Shown in pieces: positions 37,263-47,345 of a stretch of 64,000 bases of DNA. A program made the position numbers and the translations under genes. The notes under the pieces are model-generated. The model worked only from the letters and a program-made list of their open reading frames with translations. It did no database searches and was not told the origin of the DNA. Source of the DNA: Pseudomonadota bacterium (GTDB lineage Bacteria; Bdellovibrionota_B; Oligoflexia; Silvanigrellales; Silvanigrellaceae); the NCBI GenBank assembly GCA_039799905.1, contig JBDLRP010000042.1, forward strand, positions 46,728 through 110,727, given 5' to 3'. Positions within the stretch are counted from its first letter, which is position 1; each line of letters opens with the position of its first letter.

Positions 37263-40200
37263 TTATTTGCCCTTCATGACGGTTGTGAATGCGGTACTGA
37301 AGTAAACATCATAGCTGTTGCAACCCTGACTGCCGCACTCCTGTGGTCCCCAGAACTTCGCCGTAGTGCGCAGCTCGTTGCCATTGATGAAGCGGCCCGC
37401 GTCTTTCAACGACTTATGCTTGAGGGATACCTTGGTGACACCGGTTTCAGCAAGCGGCACAATTTCGCCTTCTCCTGTCTTGCCATCCTTGTTCTTATCG
37501 AACCACACCAAAAGGTTGCTGTAGACAGCGTCCTTGGCATCAATCATGCCATCGCCGTTGTCGTCATACTGGGCAAGTGCGGCATAACCGTCGCGTGCGC
37601 GTTTTCCGTTACGCACCAGTTTCGTTCCTTCGCCAAACAGCTCTAGCCCGTTGTCAATGCTGCCATTTCGGTTGAGGTCCATGGCCAAAATGCCCACGCC
37701 TCCGTATCCGCCGATCCAGCCAGTCCGCTCCGTCACTCCGTCTCCGTTCAGGTCAAAGCGGACTTTGCTTTGGTCAATGGATGTAAACTGTGGCCGCCCA
37801 ATGTTTGTATAGTCGAGGACGATCGGTGAATAGAGCTGAACCCGATACGCAGAGGTTGCTCCAGCTTTGCCATCTCCAAATGGCGTGAAACTGATCACCT
37901 CACCCCACCAGGCAGAATCGAGGTATCCATAGCCAAAGTTGCTTGACCTGCGGATGTAGGGGTCAAGAATCAACGGCATCCTAAAGTCGAACACACCCTC
38001 AACAGGTTGACCGGTGAGCTTGGAACTGATGCCAGCGACACTCGTCGTAGCAGCTGTGGAGCTGAACTGATAACTAAACTCGGCATCACAGGTCGAGTTA
38101 GCGCCTTTGTCGCACAAATTCGAACGCACGCGCATTTTGTCGGCGGCACCGAACACACGGAACCAAATCGTACTCGCTGCACTTGACCATTGCCTGCTCG
38201 AAATACCGCGGAAGTTCACCCAACACTGTCCGCCCGCAGTCCAGAATTTAACGCCTGCTCCGCGGCGGATGCTGTTGCCGGTACAGGCGTCGCTTCCGTT
38301 TGCCAGTGCGGGTGCCGCAAAGAAGTGCTGAACTTCCGAAATCGCGGGTTTAACCGGACGCACTTCCTTAGGCGCATAACCCATTGCAGCGCCCGCTGCT
38401 TTCGTAGCAGCAACCAATGAAGGCTCACCCGAACGAATGGCCAAACTGAGCATCACATCGAGCGCCTTGCTTAAAGCGGCTTCCATTTTTCCAGTTTTAT
38501 CCTGCAGCGATTTGACATCGTTTGCAGTCTTTCCAAACTGGGCAAGCTGAGTTTTCATAGCTGCGACATCTTTGTCCAGACTATTGATGCGCGCTGTCTG
38601 CTTTGCATCGGTGGCTTCGTTCTGAGCAAAGCGTTTTTGTACCTCGACGATCGCGTCGAACTCTTCCTGACGCTGGATTGCGTCAAAGGTCGCGTCGACA
38701 CCGTCGGCAATCGTGAAAGCCATTTTGCCCAACAAATTATTAGCAGCATCTGCCGGCGACACCTTGCCCAGCTTCTCCGCCGGATTGCTGATATTCACCA
38801 TAGCCTGTGAAATCGTCGTGTGTTTGTTGTTGATCATCTTTGCGAACCGAAGCTCAACGGCTGCCAGTGATGGTTTCAAATCGTTGACCGACTTGGCAAA
38901 ATCCGCAACAACCCGCTTGAAGTTGTCGTTGCCGGCAAGACGCGCGCGCACGTCCTTCGACGTTGCCGATTTGCCATTCAAAATACCTGTTGCCCATGCT
39001 TTCACTCGGCTCATGCAATTCGGGTCGTCCGCGCCACCTTCAAGTTTGCGCACTGCCTCAAGCAACACGTAGTGATGAAGGTTTGAGCCGTCACTCAGCT
39101 TGGGCTGCTTGAAGAAGACTGCATCCATGTTGGAGCCGCGATTTGAGTTAATCAGTGCCGAAACATACTCGTCAGCAAGAAAGTCGAATGAATCCCGGCC
39201 AAATGCGTTGGCAAAATCGGCATCTGCACGGCCGCCGCATGCCGCCATGATAGGAACAAATTCCGCATCAAAACCCTCATTGCGTGTCAATTTGGCTCCG
39301 TCGCGGGTCGGCATCTTCGGTTGCAGGGCCTGAAGGAATGCCTTTCTTACCTCACCGAAAAGCTCGAGTGTGGTGACCAGTGGGCCGCGAGTTGGTTTTC
39401 CATTCACGATGGTCTTTGTAACCTTACTGAAATCAGACGTCACTCCGTCTGAGAATGCAGTCATCGAACCTTCATCCAGCTTGAGGTCAACGACCTCGAC
39501 GAGATGGCTCGAAAGTGCACTTTCCATCGCTTTGTCCTGTGCCTTCATTTGAGCGATGTCGGTCGCGACCTTCTTGAAGTTTTCCTGAACTTCGCTGCCC
39601 AAATTTGCAACCAGTTTTTCCGCATTCGCCGCGACTTCAGCAAGACGCTTGTTGAAGTCGGCTTTCATCTCATCCATTTTCGTGTTGAGCCCGTCAATCT
39701 GGCCCTGAGTAAGCTTGAACTGCTTAGCCACGTGCTCTTTCTGGGCTTCAACATCGGCTTTGATAAGATTGATCTGCTCTGCATTTTGTTGTGCCATCGC
39801 CAAAGACTGATTGGCGATTTGTGCAACCGCCTTGATCTCATCCTTGAGGGCAGAGATCTCTTTGGTCATCTGATCCTTCAAGGCCTGTTCCGCAGCTACC
39901 ACTTCGGCAAACTTCTTTTGAACAGCTTCCTGCTCGGCCTTCAAGTCGGTGTTGGTTTTGTCGATCTGGCTCTCGAGTGCGACAATCTTCTCACTCAGTT
40001 CCTTCTTGACGTTTTGACTCATCGTTTCAAAGTTTGCCGCCTGAGTTTTAATTTGCAACATCAGGTCTGCATTAACTGCCTCTTGTTTCGCTTTATTGTC
40101 CGCAATCGAAGCAAACAGAGCGTCATCCTGAGTCTTCATGTCCGAACGCACCGAGGCCAGCTCTTTCGACATGTTGTCCTTGATCGACGATATCTGCTTT

Positions 40201-43200
40201 TGATAATCATCAATCGCGCCACCAAGCTTGTCGCGAACGTCTGCAACGTTGGCCTCGACGCTCTGTATCCGCTCCGTCAGTGCGCTTTTGGCAGCTTCCA
40301 CCTCTTTCGAAATAAGTGTCTTCATCTCCTCGTTCGAGCGGACCATGTCTGCGTTCATGATCTTCGTGACATCTTCCAGGCCAGAAACGCGTGTTTGAAG
40401 CGCAAGCAACTCACCCTTGGTTGCGTAGTTTTGTGCGACGTAGGCTTTGAATTCTTCCTGCGCCTGCGCAACTGCCTCAACCCGCGCAGCGACTTTCTGT
40501 GTTTCAATGGCGGCGTCTGCCAACTTTTTCTCGATTGCCTGTGCCGAAGCAATGATTGCTGCCTCGGTCACCTTGCGCTCTTCAGCCAAACCAGTTTTTA
40601 GGTCGTCGATGGTCGCGAGTGTTTTCTTGTCGATTTCCTTCAGAGCACCCTGAAGATTGGCGAGTTCGTCGGCACTCGCAGCTGCCTGTCCGGCAAGAGC
40701 AGTCTTCAGGTCAGCCTCGAGTTTTGCACGTGCATCAGACTGTGCAGTGTTGAGTGAGGTAAGGTCGGCGCTTAACTGCTTCAACTCAGCGGCCCGCGCC
40801 TGCTTTTCAAGCTCAAGCGCAATTGCTTGTTCTGCACTGGCAGCAGCCAGTTTGGCATCCAGAGCAGCGTTGGCGAGTTCCTGTTGACCAATCTTCTCCA
40901 GCAGGTCGGCGACCTGTTTTGCGGCATCCGACTCGGCCTTTTTCTGAGCCTCGACAAGGAAGTCAATTTGCGCCTTGAGGTTTGCGTTGCCTGCATCAAT
41001 CTTACTTGTCAGACTCGTATTCAACGCTGTCAACGCATCGGATGACTCTTTGCGCAGAGTGTTCATGGAATCATTTAATTGGGTTGTCAGTTTTTGTTCA
41101 GTTTCAACCAGCTTGCCTTCGAGGTTGGCAATACTGCCGTTGATCGCAGAAACCTCCGCTTTCAATTTGTCTGAAATCTTACCTTCCAGAGAAACAAGTT
41201 TGGAGTCCATTGCCGCACTGACGTTTGCCAGACCTTCGTTGATCTTGGCGCTGAGCACGTCGCGGGCATCCTTAACCGACGCATCGAGGGCGGTGATTTT
41301 TGCAGTAAATTCTCCACGGATATTGTCTATGTCTTCCGCCATTTTCTTCTCAAGATTCGCGGAGCGTTCTTTTCCTTCTGTATCGACCTTGACGATTTGT
41401 TCAGTCAATGCCGCCATCTTCAGCTGCGTGGAAACCGACTCTGCTTTCATTTTATCGGTAATGTCGGCTGTCGCCGCTTTCAACGCGTCTGCCGACTCAG
41501 TCGAAGCATCATCAATGCGCTTCTCAAGGTCTGCACGCACTTTGGCGTCAGCTTCGGCCATCTGTGTGAGCAGCCCATCAGCCGCCGCTTTCAGGTCTGC
41601 CGCAGATTTGTTTGAAGCCTCTTCGATCTTTGCAAGCATCTGGTTCTTAACGCGGGCAATTTCGGAGTTCGTCATCTCCAGATTTGAGTTCGTTTTGGCG
41701 ATCTCCTCGATAATTTCCAAAGATTGCGCCTTCAGTGCATCAATCGCGGCGGCGTTCTTGTTGGAGTCTGCTTTTGCATCCGCTGCAACCGCATCGAGCT
41801 TCTTCTGCATTTCTAGCCGATTAGCCTCATCAGTGCTCTTGATGAGCGCCTTCATCTCTGCAGCAAGAGAGTTTTTACTGTCGACAATCGCCTGTTCAAG
41901 TGCAGCCCTCTCCTGCGCCACTTGTGTTTTGAAATCGTCGAGTGCAGCTGTTGTTGAAATGATTTTCTGCTCATTTGCATCAATTTTTGCTTCGAGATCT
42001 GCAGCCTTGGTTTCAAATGCACTCTTGTTGTCTGCAATCGCTTTTGTGTTGTCGTCGATTTGCTTTTGCAGCTCGGCCTTTTGCTCAGTCATGCTGGATT
42101 CCAGAGCAGCAACTTTCGACCTGATCAGCTCAGAAGTACTTGCACTCGCAGCCTCAATCGCTGTCTGCAAATTGGACTTCGCAATCTCGAGGTTGCTGTT
42201 GGTGTCGTTAAGGTCAGATTTTATTTGGGCAAGGCCTGCCTCGAAGGCGACCTGTTGATCGGTCAAACTTGCAACCATCTGGTCTTTTGTCTGACTGATT
42301 GAATTGATCAGGGCGACTTCAGTCGACTTCAGCTGACTTTTTGTTTCCTCAATGGCTGCCGAGTTGCTTGCAATTTTTGCAGCGAGCTCTGCAGCTTTTA
42401 AATTCAGTGACTCCGTCAACTCGGCATTGCCAGCGGCTATTGCCTTGCTCAACGAGTCGTTGACCTTGAGCTGCTCAGCTTTGTTGTCCGCTATAGCCTT
42501 TGCGTTCGCATCTATTGACGACTGAAGTGATGTTTTTGTTTCGTTGAGGCTTGCAACAAGTTCCGCCTTCGTCTTGTTGGCGGCGTCTTCCAGCAGCGAT
42601 TTGGTGTCGGCGATAAACTTGTTGGAGGAATCGATACGTGCATTTGCCTTGGCCACTTCATCAAGCAGCTCCGCCTTCTGCTGTTGCAGGCTGTTTTCCA
42701 AAACATTCAAGCTATCCTTCAATGCTGCAACGTTTGTCGAGATGTCCTTTTTGAGCAGTTCCTGCGCTGCCTTCAGAGCTTCTTCTTTCTGCAGCATCAG
42801 TTCCTTGTTGGCGATAATATCGGCTGTGTTCTGAGCTATTTTCTTATCGAGCTCGTCCTTCGCTTCAGCAAGCTGATCGAGCGTCGCAGCGTTTGTAACT
42901 GCAATTTCTGCGCGCAGTGCCGCATCCTGGTCGGCAAGTTCACCACGCAATTTTCCAGCTTCCGCAAGCACAAGGTCTGTCAGGGAGTCGTTTTGGGCCT
43001 TCAGAGATTCCTTCAGTGCCAGTTCTGCTGCGCCAATCCGCATTGCAAATTTTTTGTCGATGTCGCTGATACTGGATGCCAACTGTGAATCCGCTTCTCT
43101 CAGTTTGTCGAATTGACCTTCCATATACAATCGCAGAACTTGATCTCGGCTGTCGACGTCGGTGAAGCGTTTCTCGACTTGTTCCTTGAATGTTCTGAGC

Positions 43201-43505
43201 TCAAGCTCGAGGGCATCTATGCGGTCACTCAGACGTTTGTCCTCAGCAATACGTTCGTCTCTCTCTTTGTCGATGAGTCCACGCAAGAGGCGCTCAGTCG
43301 CTTCGGCGTTTCGTTTGGTGAGAGAATCCGCAACACCAGAGCTGTTCGCTTTCAGGCGGGTGGAAGAACGCGCAGCCAAATCGAGTAGCTGCTGATCGCT
43401 GCCCCCGGAATTGCGTCCGCATCCCCCAACAGTTGCTAGCAAGGTGAGACTCGAGAATGACAAAAGAGTCATACGAATTGCTTGCTTGCGCCTGTTTGTT
43501 CTCAT
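37263..43505 (-). CDS. Giant coiled-coil lipoprotein with C-terminal FrpC-SPM-like module (paralog 2, 2080 aa)
   Basis: Start re-assigned to ATG 43505 (MRTNRRKQAIRM, collinear with paralog 1, same GGGGGCGTG upstream); same architecture and motifs as 30780-37001. Confidence 0.88.
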   Translation of the reverse strand: MRTNRRKQAIRMTLLSFSSLTLLATVGGCGRNSGGSDQQLLDLAARSSTRLKANSSGVADSLTKRNAEATERLLRGLIDKERDERIAEDKRLSDRIDALELELRTFKEQVEKRFTDVDSRDQVLRLYMEGQFDKLREADSQLASSISDIDKKFAMRIGAAELALKESLKAQNDSLTDLVLAEAGKLRGELADQDAALRAEIAVTNAATLDQLAEAKDELDKKIAQNTADIIANKELMLQKEEALKAAQELLKKDISTNVAALKDSLNVLENSLQQQKAELLDEVAKANARIDSSNKFIADTKSLLEDAANKTKAELVASLNETKTSLQSSIDANAKAIADNKAEQLKVNDSLSKAIAAGNAELTESLNLKAAELAAKIASNSAAIEETKSQLKSTEVALINSISQTKDQMVASLTDQQVAFEAGLAQIKSDLNDTNSNLEIAKSNLQTAIEAASASTSELIRSKVAALESSMTEQKAELQKQIDDNTKAIADNKSAFETKAADLEAKIDANEQKIISTTAALDDFKTQVAQERAALEQAIVDSKNSLAAEMKALIKSTDEANRLEMQKKLDAVAADAKADSNKNAAAIDALKAQSLEIIEEIAKTNSNLEMTNSEIARVKNQMLAKIEEASNKSAADLKAAADGLLTQMAEADAKVRADLEKRIDDASTESADALKAATADITDKMKAESVSTQLKMAALTEQIVKVDTEGKERSANLEKKMAEDIDNIRGEFTAKITALDASVKDARDVLSAKINEGLANVSAAMDSKLVSLEGKISDKLKAEVSAINGSIANLEGKLVETEQKLTTQLNDSMNTLRKESSDALTALNTSLTSKIDAGNANLKAQIDFLVEAQKKAESDAAKQVADLLEKIGQQELANAALDAKLAAASAEQAIALELEKQARAAELKQLSADLTSLNTAQSDARAKLEADLKTALAGQAAASADELANLQGALKEIDKKTLATIDDLKTGLAEERKVTEAAIIASAQAIEKKLADAAIETQKVAARVEAVAQAQEEFKAYVAQNYATKGELLALQTRVSGLEDVTKIMNADMVRSNEEMKTLISKEVEAAKSALTERIQSVEANVADVRDKLGGAIDDYQKQISSIKDNMSKELASVRSDMKTQDDALFASIADNKAKQEAVNADLMLQIKTQAANFETMSQNVKKELSEKIVALESQIDKTNTDLKAEQEAVQKKFAEVVAAEQALKDQMTKEISALKDEIKAVAQIANQSLAMAQQNAEQINLIKADVEAQKEHVAKQFKLTQGQIDGLNTKMDEMKADFNKRLAEVAANAEKLVANLGSEVQENFKKVATDIAQMKAQDKAMESALSSHLVEVVDLKLDEGSMTAFSDGVTSDFSKVTKTIVNGKPTRGPLVTTLELFGEVRKAFLQALQPKMPTRDGAKLTRNEGFDAEFVPIMAACGGRADADFANAFGRDSFDFLADEYVSALINSNRGSNMDAVFFKQPKLSDGSNLHHYVLLEAVRKLEGGADDPNCMSRVKAWATGILNGKSATSKDVRARLAGNDNFKRVVADFAKSVNDLKPSLAAVELRFAKMINNKHTTISQAMVNISNPAEKLGKVSPADAANNLLGKMAFTIADGVDATFDAIQRQEEFDAIVEVQKRFAQNEATDAKQTARINSLDKDVAAMKTQLAQFGKTANDVKSLQDKTGKMEAALSKALDVMLSLAIRSGEPSLVAATKAAGAAMGYAPKEVRPVKPAISEVQHFFAAPALANGSDACTGNSIRRGAGVKFWTAGGQCWVNFRGISSRQWSSAASTIWFRVFGAADKMRVRSNLCDKGANSTCDAEFSYQFSSTAATTSVAGISSKLTGQPVEGVFDFRMPLILDPYIRRSSNFGYGYLDSAWWGEVISFTPFGDGKAGATSAYRVQLYSPIVLDYTNIGRPQFTSIDQSKVRFDLNGDGVTERTGWIGGYGGVGILAMDLNRNGSIDNGLELFGEGTKLVRNGKRARDGYAALAQYDDNGDGMIDAKDAVYSNLLVWFDKNKDGKTGEGEIVPLAETGVTKVSLKHKSLKDAGRFINGNELRTTAKFWGPQECGSQGCNSYDVYFSTAFTTVMKGK

Positions 43506-43552
43506 CACACGCCCCCTTGCGATTAAATAAAATCGAGTCTTGACATCAGAGA

Positions 43553-43579
43553 GGCTCGGAAGAGTTGAGGGAATATTTA
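43553..43579 (-). promoter_or_regulatory. Putative sigma28-type promoter of giant paralog 2
   Basis: TAAA-N15-TCCGAGCC, ~48 bp upstream of ATG 43505. Confidence 0.55.
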
Positions 43580-43710
43580 TAGAAAATCTCAAGGAGCTAA
43601 TAAAACTCAGTAATTTTAGATACAAAATTTGCGCTGCTCACGTCCCCTGCAGTGCAATTCCTGAGGAATAGAAAATGGCCCATTCATTTCGGCATGTAAA
43701 AGGTACCGTC

Positions 43711-43738
43711 TAAACATCCCAAGCTTATCTTCCGATAC
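43711..43738 (+). promoter_or_regulatory. Putative sigma28-type promoter of the divergent lipoprotein
   Basis: TAAAC-N15-TCCGATAC, 27 bp upstream of GTG 43766. Confidence 0.5.
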
Positions 43739-43765
43739 GTCTGAGTGTTTGCATTCGGGGGTGCC

Positions 43766-44599
43766 GTGAATCACATTTTGCCATACGTGTCCGTGGCTGT
43801 TTTGTTGTTTCAAGGGTGCGAGAGCGCACCAACCTACAAAGCGACTTCAAAGCCACCCGTGACTAAATCTAAGGCTGGCGCCAACGCTGAGGCTATCGGG
43901 AGCGAAGGCGCCAGCGCGGCGCAGGAAGAAAACGTAGGACAAGCCCAGCCGCCGGGCGAAAATGCGACGCCTGAAGAACCCAAACCAGTTGCTCGTCCGT
44001 CATGTGACGACAAAACAACGGTGAAGAGCGACGTCATCAAGGTCTTGATTCCCAAAAATGATCCGCAAAATGGCGGAAAACAATGTCCTTTCGGAAAAGA
44101 CGACAACAACGCGACGACCAACGGCGGCGGGAAATATACAGCTCGTATTGAACGACGTTTCGACATCGCGATCCCTGCCGACAGACAGGTCTGCACTCTT
44201 GAGGCCAGCAGCGCACAACAACAGATTGAGTACGACGACCATCTTTTCCTGAATCTCAACAACCATGTGTTGATAGCAAGCCGCAGAATTCCGACCGACA
44301 AATTCAACAAGGCTGCAAACGGTTTTTACCTGTACGACTGGGCAAAAATCCGAGGAACACAGGCGGAAGGGCAATCCAAATGCGCAGACGGCGTCACGTG
44401 TTCGATTCCAAACACGCAGACAACGGGCACCTTTTCCTTCAAGTTGAGTGAAGAAGCCAACAAGCGGATATTCGAGTCGCTTGCCGGACAACCACTGTAT
44501 TTCAGCATGGTTCTGACCGGCGACGACAACCCGCCTGTCGATTGCTCCCAAATATACGATATTACTCTGGATGTTTCGTACACCTACATCCCCAAATAG
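43766..44599 (+). CDS. Hypothetical Cys-containing lipoprotein
   Basis: GTG start after GGGGG; lipobox FQGC; low-complexity linker followed by a beta-rich domain with six Cys. Confidence 0.7.
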   Translation: MNHILPYVSVAVLLFQGCESAPTYKATSKPPVTKSKAGANAEAIGSEGASAAQEENVGQAQPPGENATPEEPKPVARPSCDDKTTVKSDVIKVLIPKNDPQNGGKQCPFGKDDNNATTNGGGKYTARIERRFDIAIPADRQVCTLEASSAQQQIEYDDHLFLNLNNHVLIASRRIPTDKFNKAANGFYLYDWAKIRGTQAEGQSKCADGVTCSIPNTQTTGTFSFKLSEEANKRIFESLAGQPLYFSMVLTGDDNPPVDCSQIYDITLDVSYTYIPK

Positions 44600-44678
44600 C
44601 GCTTGCTGAGGGTTGCAATTTCGATAAAACCCTCGGCTCAGGCAGCAATCCAGCTGCCCAAAGCCGACGGGATTATTC

Positions 44679-47345
44679 ATGTCAGAGCAAAATCCAGATA
44701 TTTCTGTTGAACGACGTGTTCCCGAGATCCTCGCCCCTGTCGGCGGACGAGAGCAATTCTTTGCTGCACTGAACTCCGGTGCCGATGCAGTCTTCCTTGG
44801 CCTCAAGAACTTCAATGCGCGTGCACGCGCAGAAAACTTCACCTGCAACGATTTGCGCGAACTGGTTCCTCTGGCGCACAGACATGCGATGAAGGTTCTG
44901 GTGACAATGAACATCCTCATCAAAAACTGTGAATTGACTGATTTGGTCAATACGCTCGCTGAACTTGAGGATATTGGTGTTGACGCAATCATCGTTCAGG
45001 ATGTTGGTTTGGCGCGTCTCTGTCGGCAGTTCTTTCCGAATCTGCGTCTGCACGCGTCGACACAGCTGGCTGTTCACAACACAGATGGTGTTAGGGCAGC
45101 CATGGCGATGGGTTTCAAACGAGTTGTTCTTGCGCGCGAACTGACAGCTCTTGAAATCAAAAAGATCCGTGCTGCAATTCCGCTCGAAGATGTCGAGCTC
45201 GAAGCTTTTTGTCATGGAAGTCTTTGCTACTCATACAGCGGTTTATGCTTTTTCAGCGGTGCTGAAGACGCCCGCAGCGGAAATCGCGGTGAATGCGCGT
45301 ATACGTGCCGCAAACCGTACAAGATTCTCAACGAGCCTGGACACGGTTTCCTCTTCAGCATGAAGGACCTCAACACGGTCGAAAACCTCGGCCTGTTGCT
45401 GGACGCCGGAGTCGACACTCTTAAAATCGAAGGACGAAAAAAAGACGCCCAGTATGTGACAGGAGTCGTTGAAGCCTATCGCAACCAACTCAATAAACTC
45501 TTTGGCCGGCAAACTCTCAGGCCCGAGGCTCCTGCAATTGCACACGCCATGAGTTCTGAGGGAAGCAACAAAGACGAAGCACTCCGCGAGCAGCTCAGCC
45601 TGACCTTTCACCGCAACGACACTTCCTTCTTTCTCAAGGGCCGCTATCACGAAAACGTCATCGACCTTGATAATCCGACTCACAAAGGCCAGTTCGTCGG
45701 AACCGTCGAAAAGGTTGTCGGACGCAAGGTAACGGTGACCAGTGAATGCGCGCTCGAGCGTTTCGATGGTCTTCGCATCGACCCCAGCAACAAACTCTAT
45801 CACTCGACGCCGCAGCATGGCTTACAAAGCAATTCGCAGTTGACGGATGTAAAATCGAGATACGATAACAAGGTCTGCCATTTTTCATTGCGGACTATGT
45901 GGCAGGACGGCCGTCTTACACCCACGAGCGAAGCAAGACGCACTGTGGAAATCGAAATCCCCGACGATCTGCAAATGCCAAGCGCAGGCGACCTCATATA
46001 TCGGACGCGTTCTGATGCGTTGCGGCGTAAGGTCGAGAAACTGAGCGCACCACAAGGACAAGAGCGACTCAAGCCCAACACGAATGTCGAATTTAAAGTG
46101 GACTTTGAGACCAATGGCGAGCTTTTAAAAATTGGTGTTTCGGCAGTCAAACTCGAGAAGGTCATTTTCAAAACATCTGCAGAATTCGCAGCCATCCGTC
46201 CGCAGGCGGGTTCTTCAAGCCTGTGTCACGACCTTGGAGACCTGCTCAAAACATTGGGCAATATCAACTTCGCTGCAGATAAAATTGATTTCATGGGCGA
46301 CTCTGAGTGGTTTGTGCCGCGCAGCCGTCTTAAAGAGCTCAAACGTACTCTTGAAAGTCATCTGCCAACCGCTCACGCAAAATTCCTCAGTGAACGCCTT
46401 TCCGTTGCGGTTGAGCACATCGCCTCATTCAGCAGTTCGGGTCAGAGAGCACCTGCGCGATTGGGTTCAACCCTTTCACTGAAGATTGATCGCTGTGAAT
46501 ATTTACCATGGATCGAAGAACTGCTCGGTGGCAGCAGTCCGTCGCTGGGCAGCGAAAAAATAACCGTCGATGAACTTGTGTTTGAACCAAAAAGAGCGTT
46601 TCTCAACGAGCTATCGCCCGCCAAGCTTGCGGAGACACTAAAGACATTTGCACAATTAAACGAAATCTCCATCCGGCTCGCCTTCCCAACCGTCTTGCGT
46701 GCATGGGACGAACCGCTGATGAAGCGCTGGACCGAGGAATTCTTCGCTGCCGGGCTCACTGCAGTTGAGATTGGCAACGTCGGCCATTTTTCGATGCTCG
46801 AACGTTGGAATCTTAAAGAAAAAGTAACCTCATTCTCTTCCGATTTCACTCTCTATTCGCTCAATCAGGCGGCTGCCGCAGAGTGGGCCGAGCGGGGGGT
46901 CGAGAGAATCACCCTGTCTGTTGAGGATGATTTCAAAAACATCTCTTCGCTGCTCTCTGGGTTTCCTTCAAGCGCGAGTGCGCAGGTCATTCTGTACAAA
47001 GATACACCCCTGTTCATCGCAGAAAGCTGCAGTCTGACTGCTCTACACAATGGCTGCCCGACGAACAAAGTCTGCGGATACCGGACACTTGAAATTCAGA
47101 ACGATGAAGGTGAGATTTTCTACGTCGCACATGAATCCTGCAAATCCATTGTCTATGCAAAGAAGCCTTTTGCCCTGAGCCAGAAGCTTAATCTACTGAG
47201 AAACACAGGCGCGCAGCACTTCCGTGCTGATTTCCTCACCCGGCTCTATGACAAAGAATCGCTGCAGAAAATTGTCAAAGCACTTCTCACAGATGAAGCC
47301 ATCGGAGAAACTCACAGCGCCAACTTCAACAGGACACTTTTGTGA
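44679..47345 (+). CDS. Peptidase U32 family Fe-S protein, long RlhA-type (probable rRNA/tRNA hydroxylase)
   Basis: PEILAPVG, GADAVFLG..FNAR.RA.NF, HASTQ, RVVLAREL, EAF.HGSLCYSYSG.C, RSGNRG.C...CR, LKIEGR; long C-terminal extension with a second degenerate U32-like half. Confidence 0.88.
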   Translation: MSEQNPDISVERRVPEILAPVGGREQFFAALNSGADAVFLGLKNFNARARAENFTCNDLRELVPLAHRHAMKVLVTMNILIKNCELTDLVNTLAELEDIGVDAIIVQDVGLARLCRQFFPNLRLHASTQLAVHNTDGVRAAMAMGFKRVVLARELTALEIKKIRAAIPLEDVELEAFCHGSLCYSYSGLCFFSGAEDARSGNRGECAYTCRKPYKILNEPGHGFLFSMKDLNTVENLGLLLDAGVDTLKIEGRKKDAQYVTGVVEAYRNQLNKLFGRQTLRPEAPAIAHAMSSEGSNKDEALREQLSLTFHRNDTSFFLKGRYHENVIDLDNPTHKGQFVGTVEKVVGRKVTVTSECALERFDGLRIDPSNKLYHSTPQHGLQSNSQLTDVKSRYDNKVCHFSLRTMWQDGRLTPTSEARRTVEIEIPDDLQMPSAGDLIYRTRSDALRRKVEKLSAPQGQERLKPNTNVEFKVDFETNGELLKIGVSAVKLEKVIFKTSAEFAAIRPQAGSSSLCHDLGDLLKTLGNINFAADKIDFMGDSEWFVPRSRLKELKRTLESHLPTAHAKFLSERLSVAVEHIASFSSSGQRAPARLGSTLSLKIDRCEYLPWIEELLGGSSPSLGSEKITVDELVFEPKRAFLNELSPAKLAETLKTFAQLNEISIRLAFPTVLRAWDEPLMKRWTEEFFAAGLTAVEIGNVGHFSMLERWNLKEKVTSFSSDFTLYSLNQAAAAEWAERGVERITLSVEDDFKNISSLLSGFPSSASAQVILYKDTPLFIAESCSLTALHNGCPTNKVCGYRTLEIQNDEGEIFYVAHESCKSIVYAKKPFALSQKLNLLRNTGAQHFRADFLTRLYDKESLQKIVKALLTDEAIGETHSANFNRTLL

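Noticed and set aside
37955..37975. Asp-Pro (ILDPY) in the paralog 2 head as the autocleavage site
   Set aside because: About 45 aa upstream of the canonical position and is Glu-Pro in paralog 1
32847..42258. Long plus-strand ORFs (310, 205, 365, 427 aa) inside the giant genes
   Set aside because: Antisense shadows of Ala/Lys/Glu-rich coiled-coil coding sequence; no recognisable motifs
30780..43505. Giant proteins as SMC, phage tape-measure proteins or RTX toxins; or the duplication as an assembly artefact
   Set aside because: No Walker motifs, phage genes, RTX nonapeptide tract or T1SS; lipoprotein signals present; paralogs are diverged throughout and separated by their own terminator and promoter
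44679..47345. U32 protein as a collagenase
   Set aside because: Legacy family name; the Fe-S cysteine motifs fit the RlhA/TrhP hydroxylases
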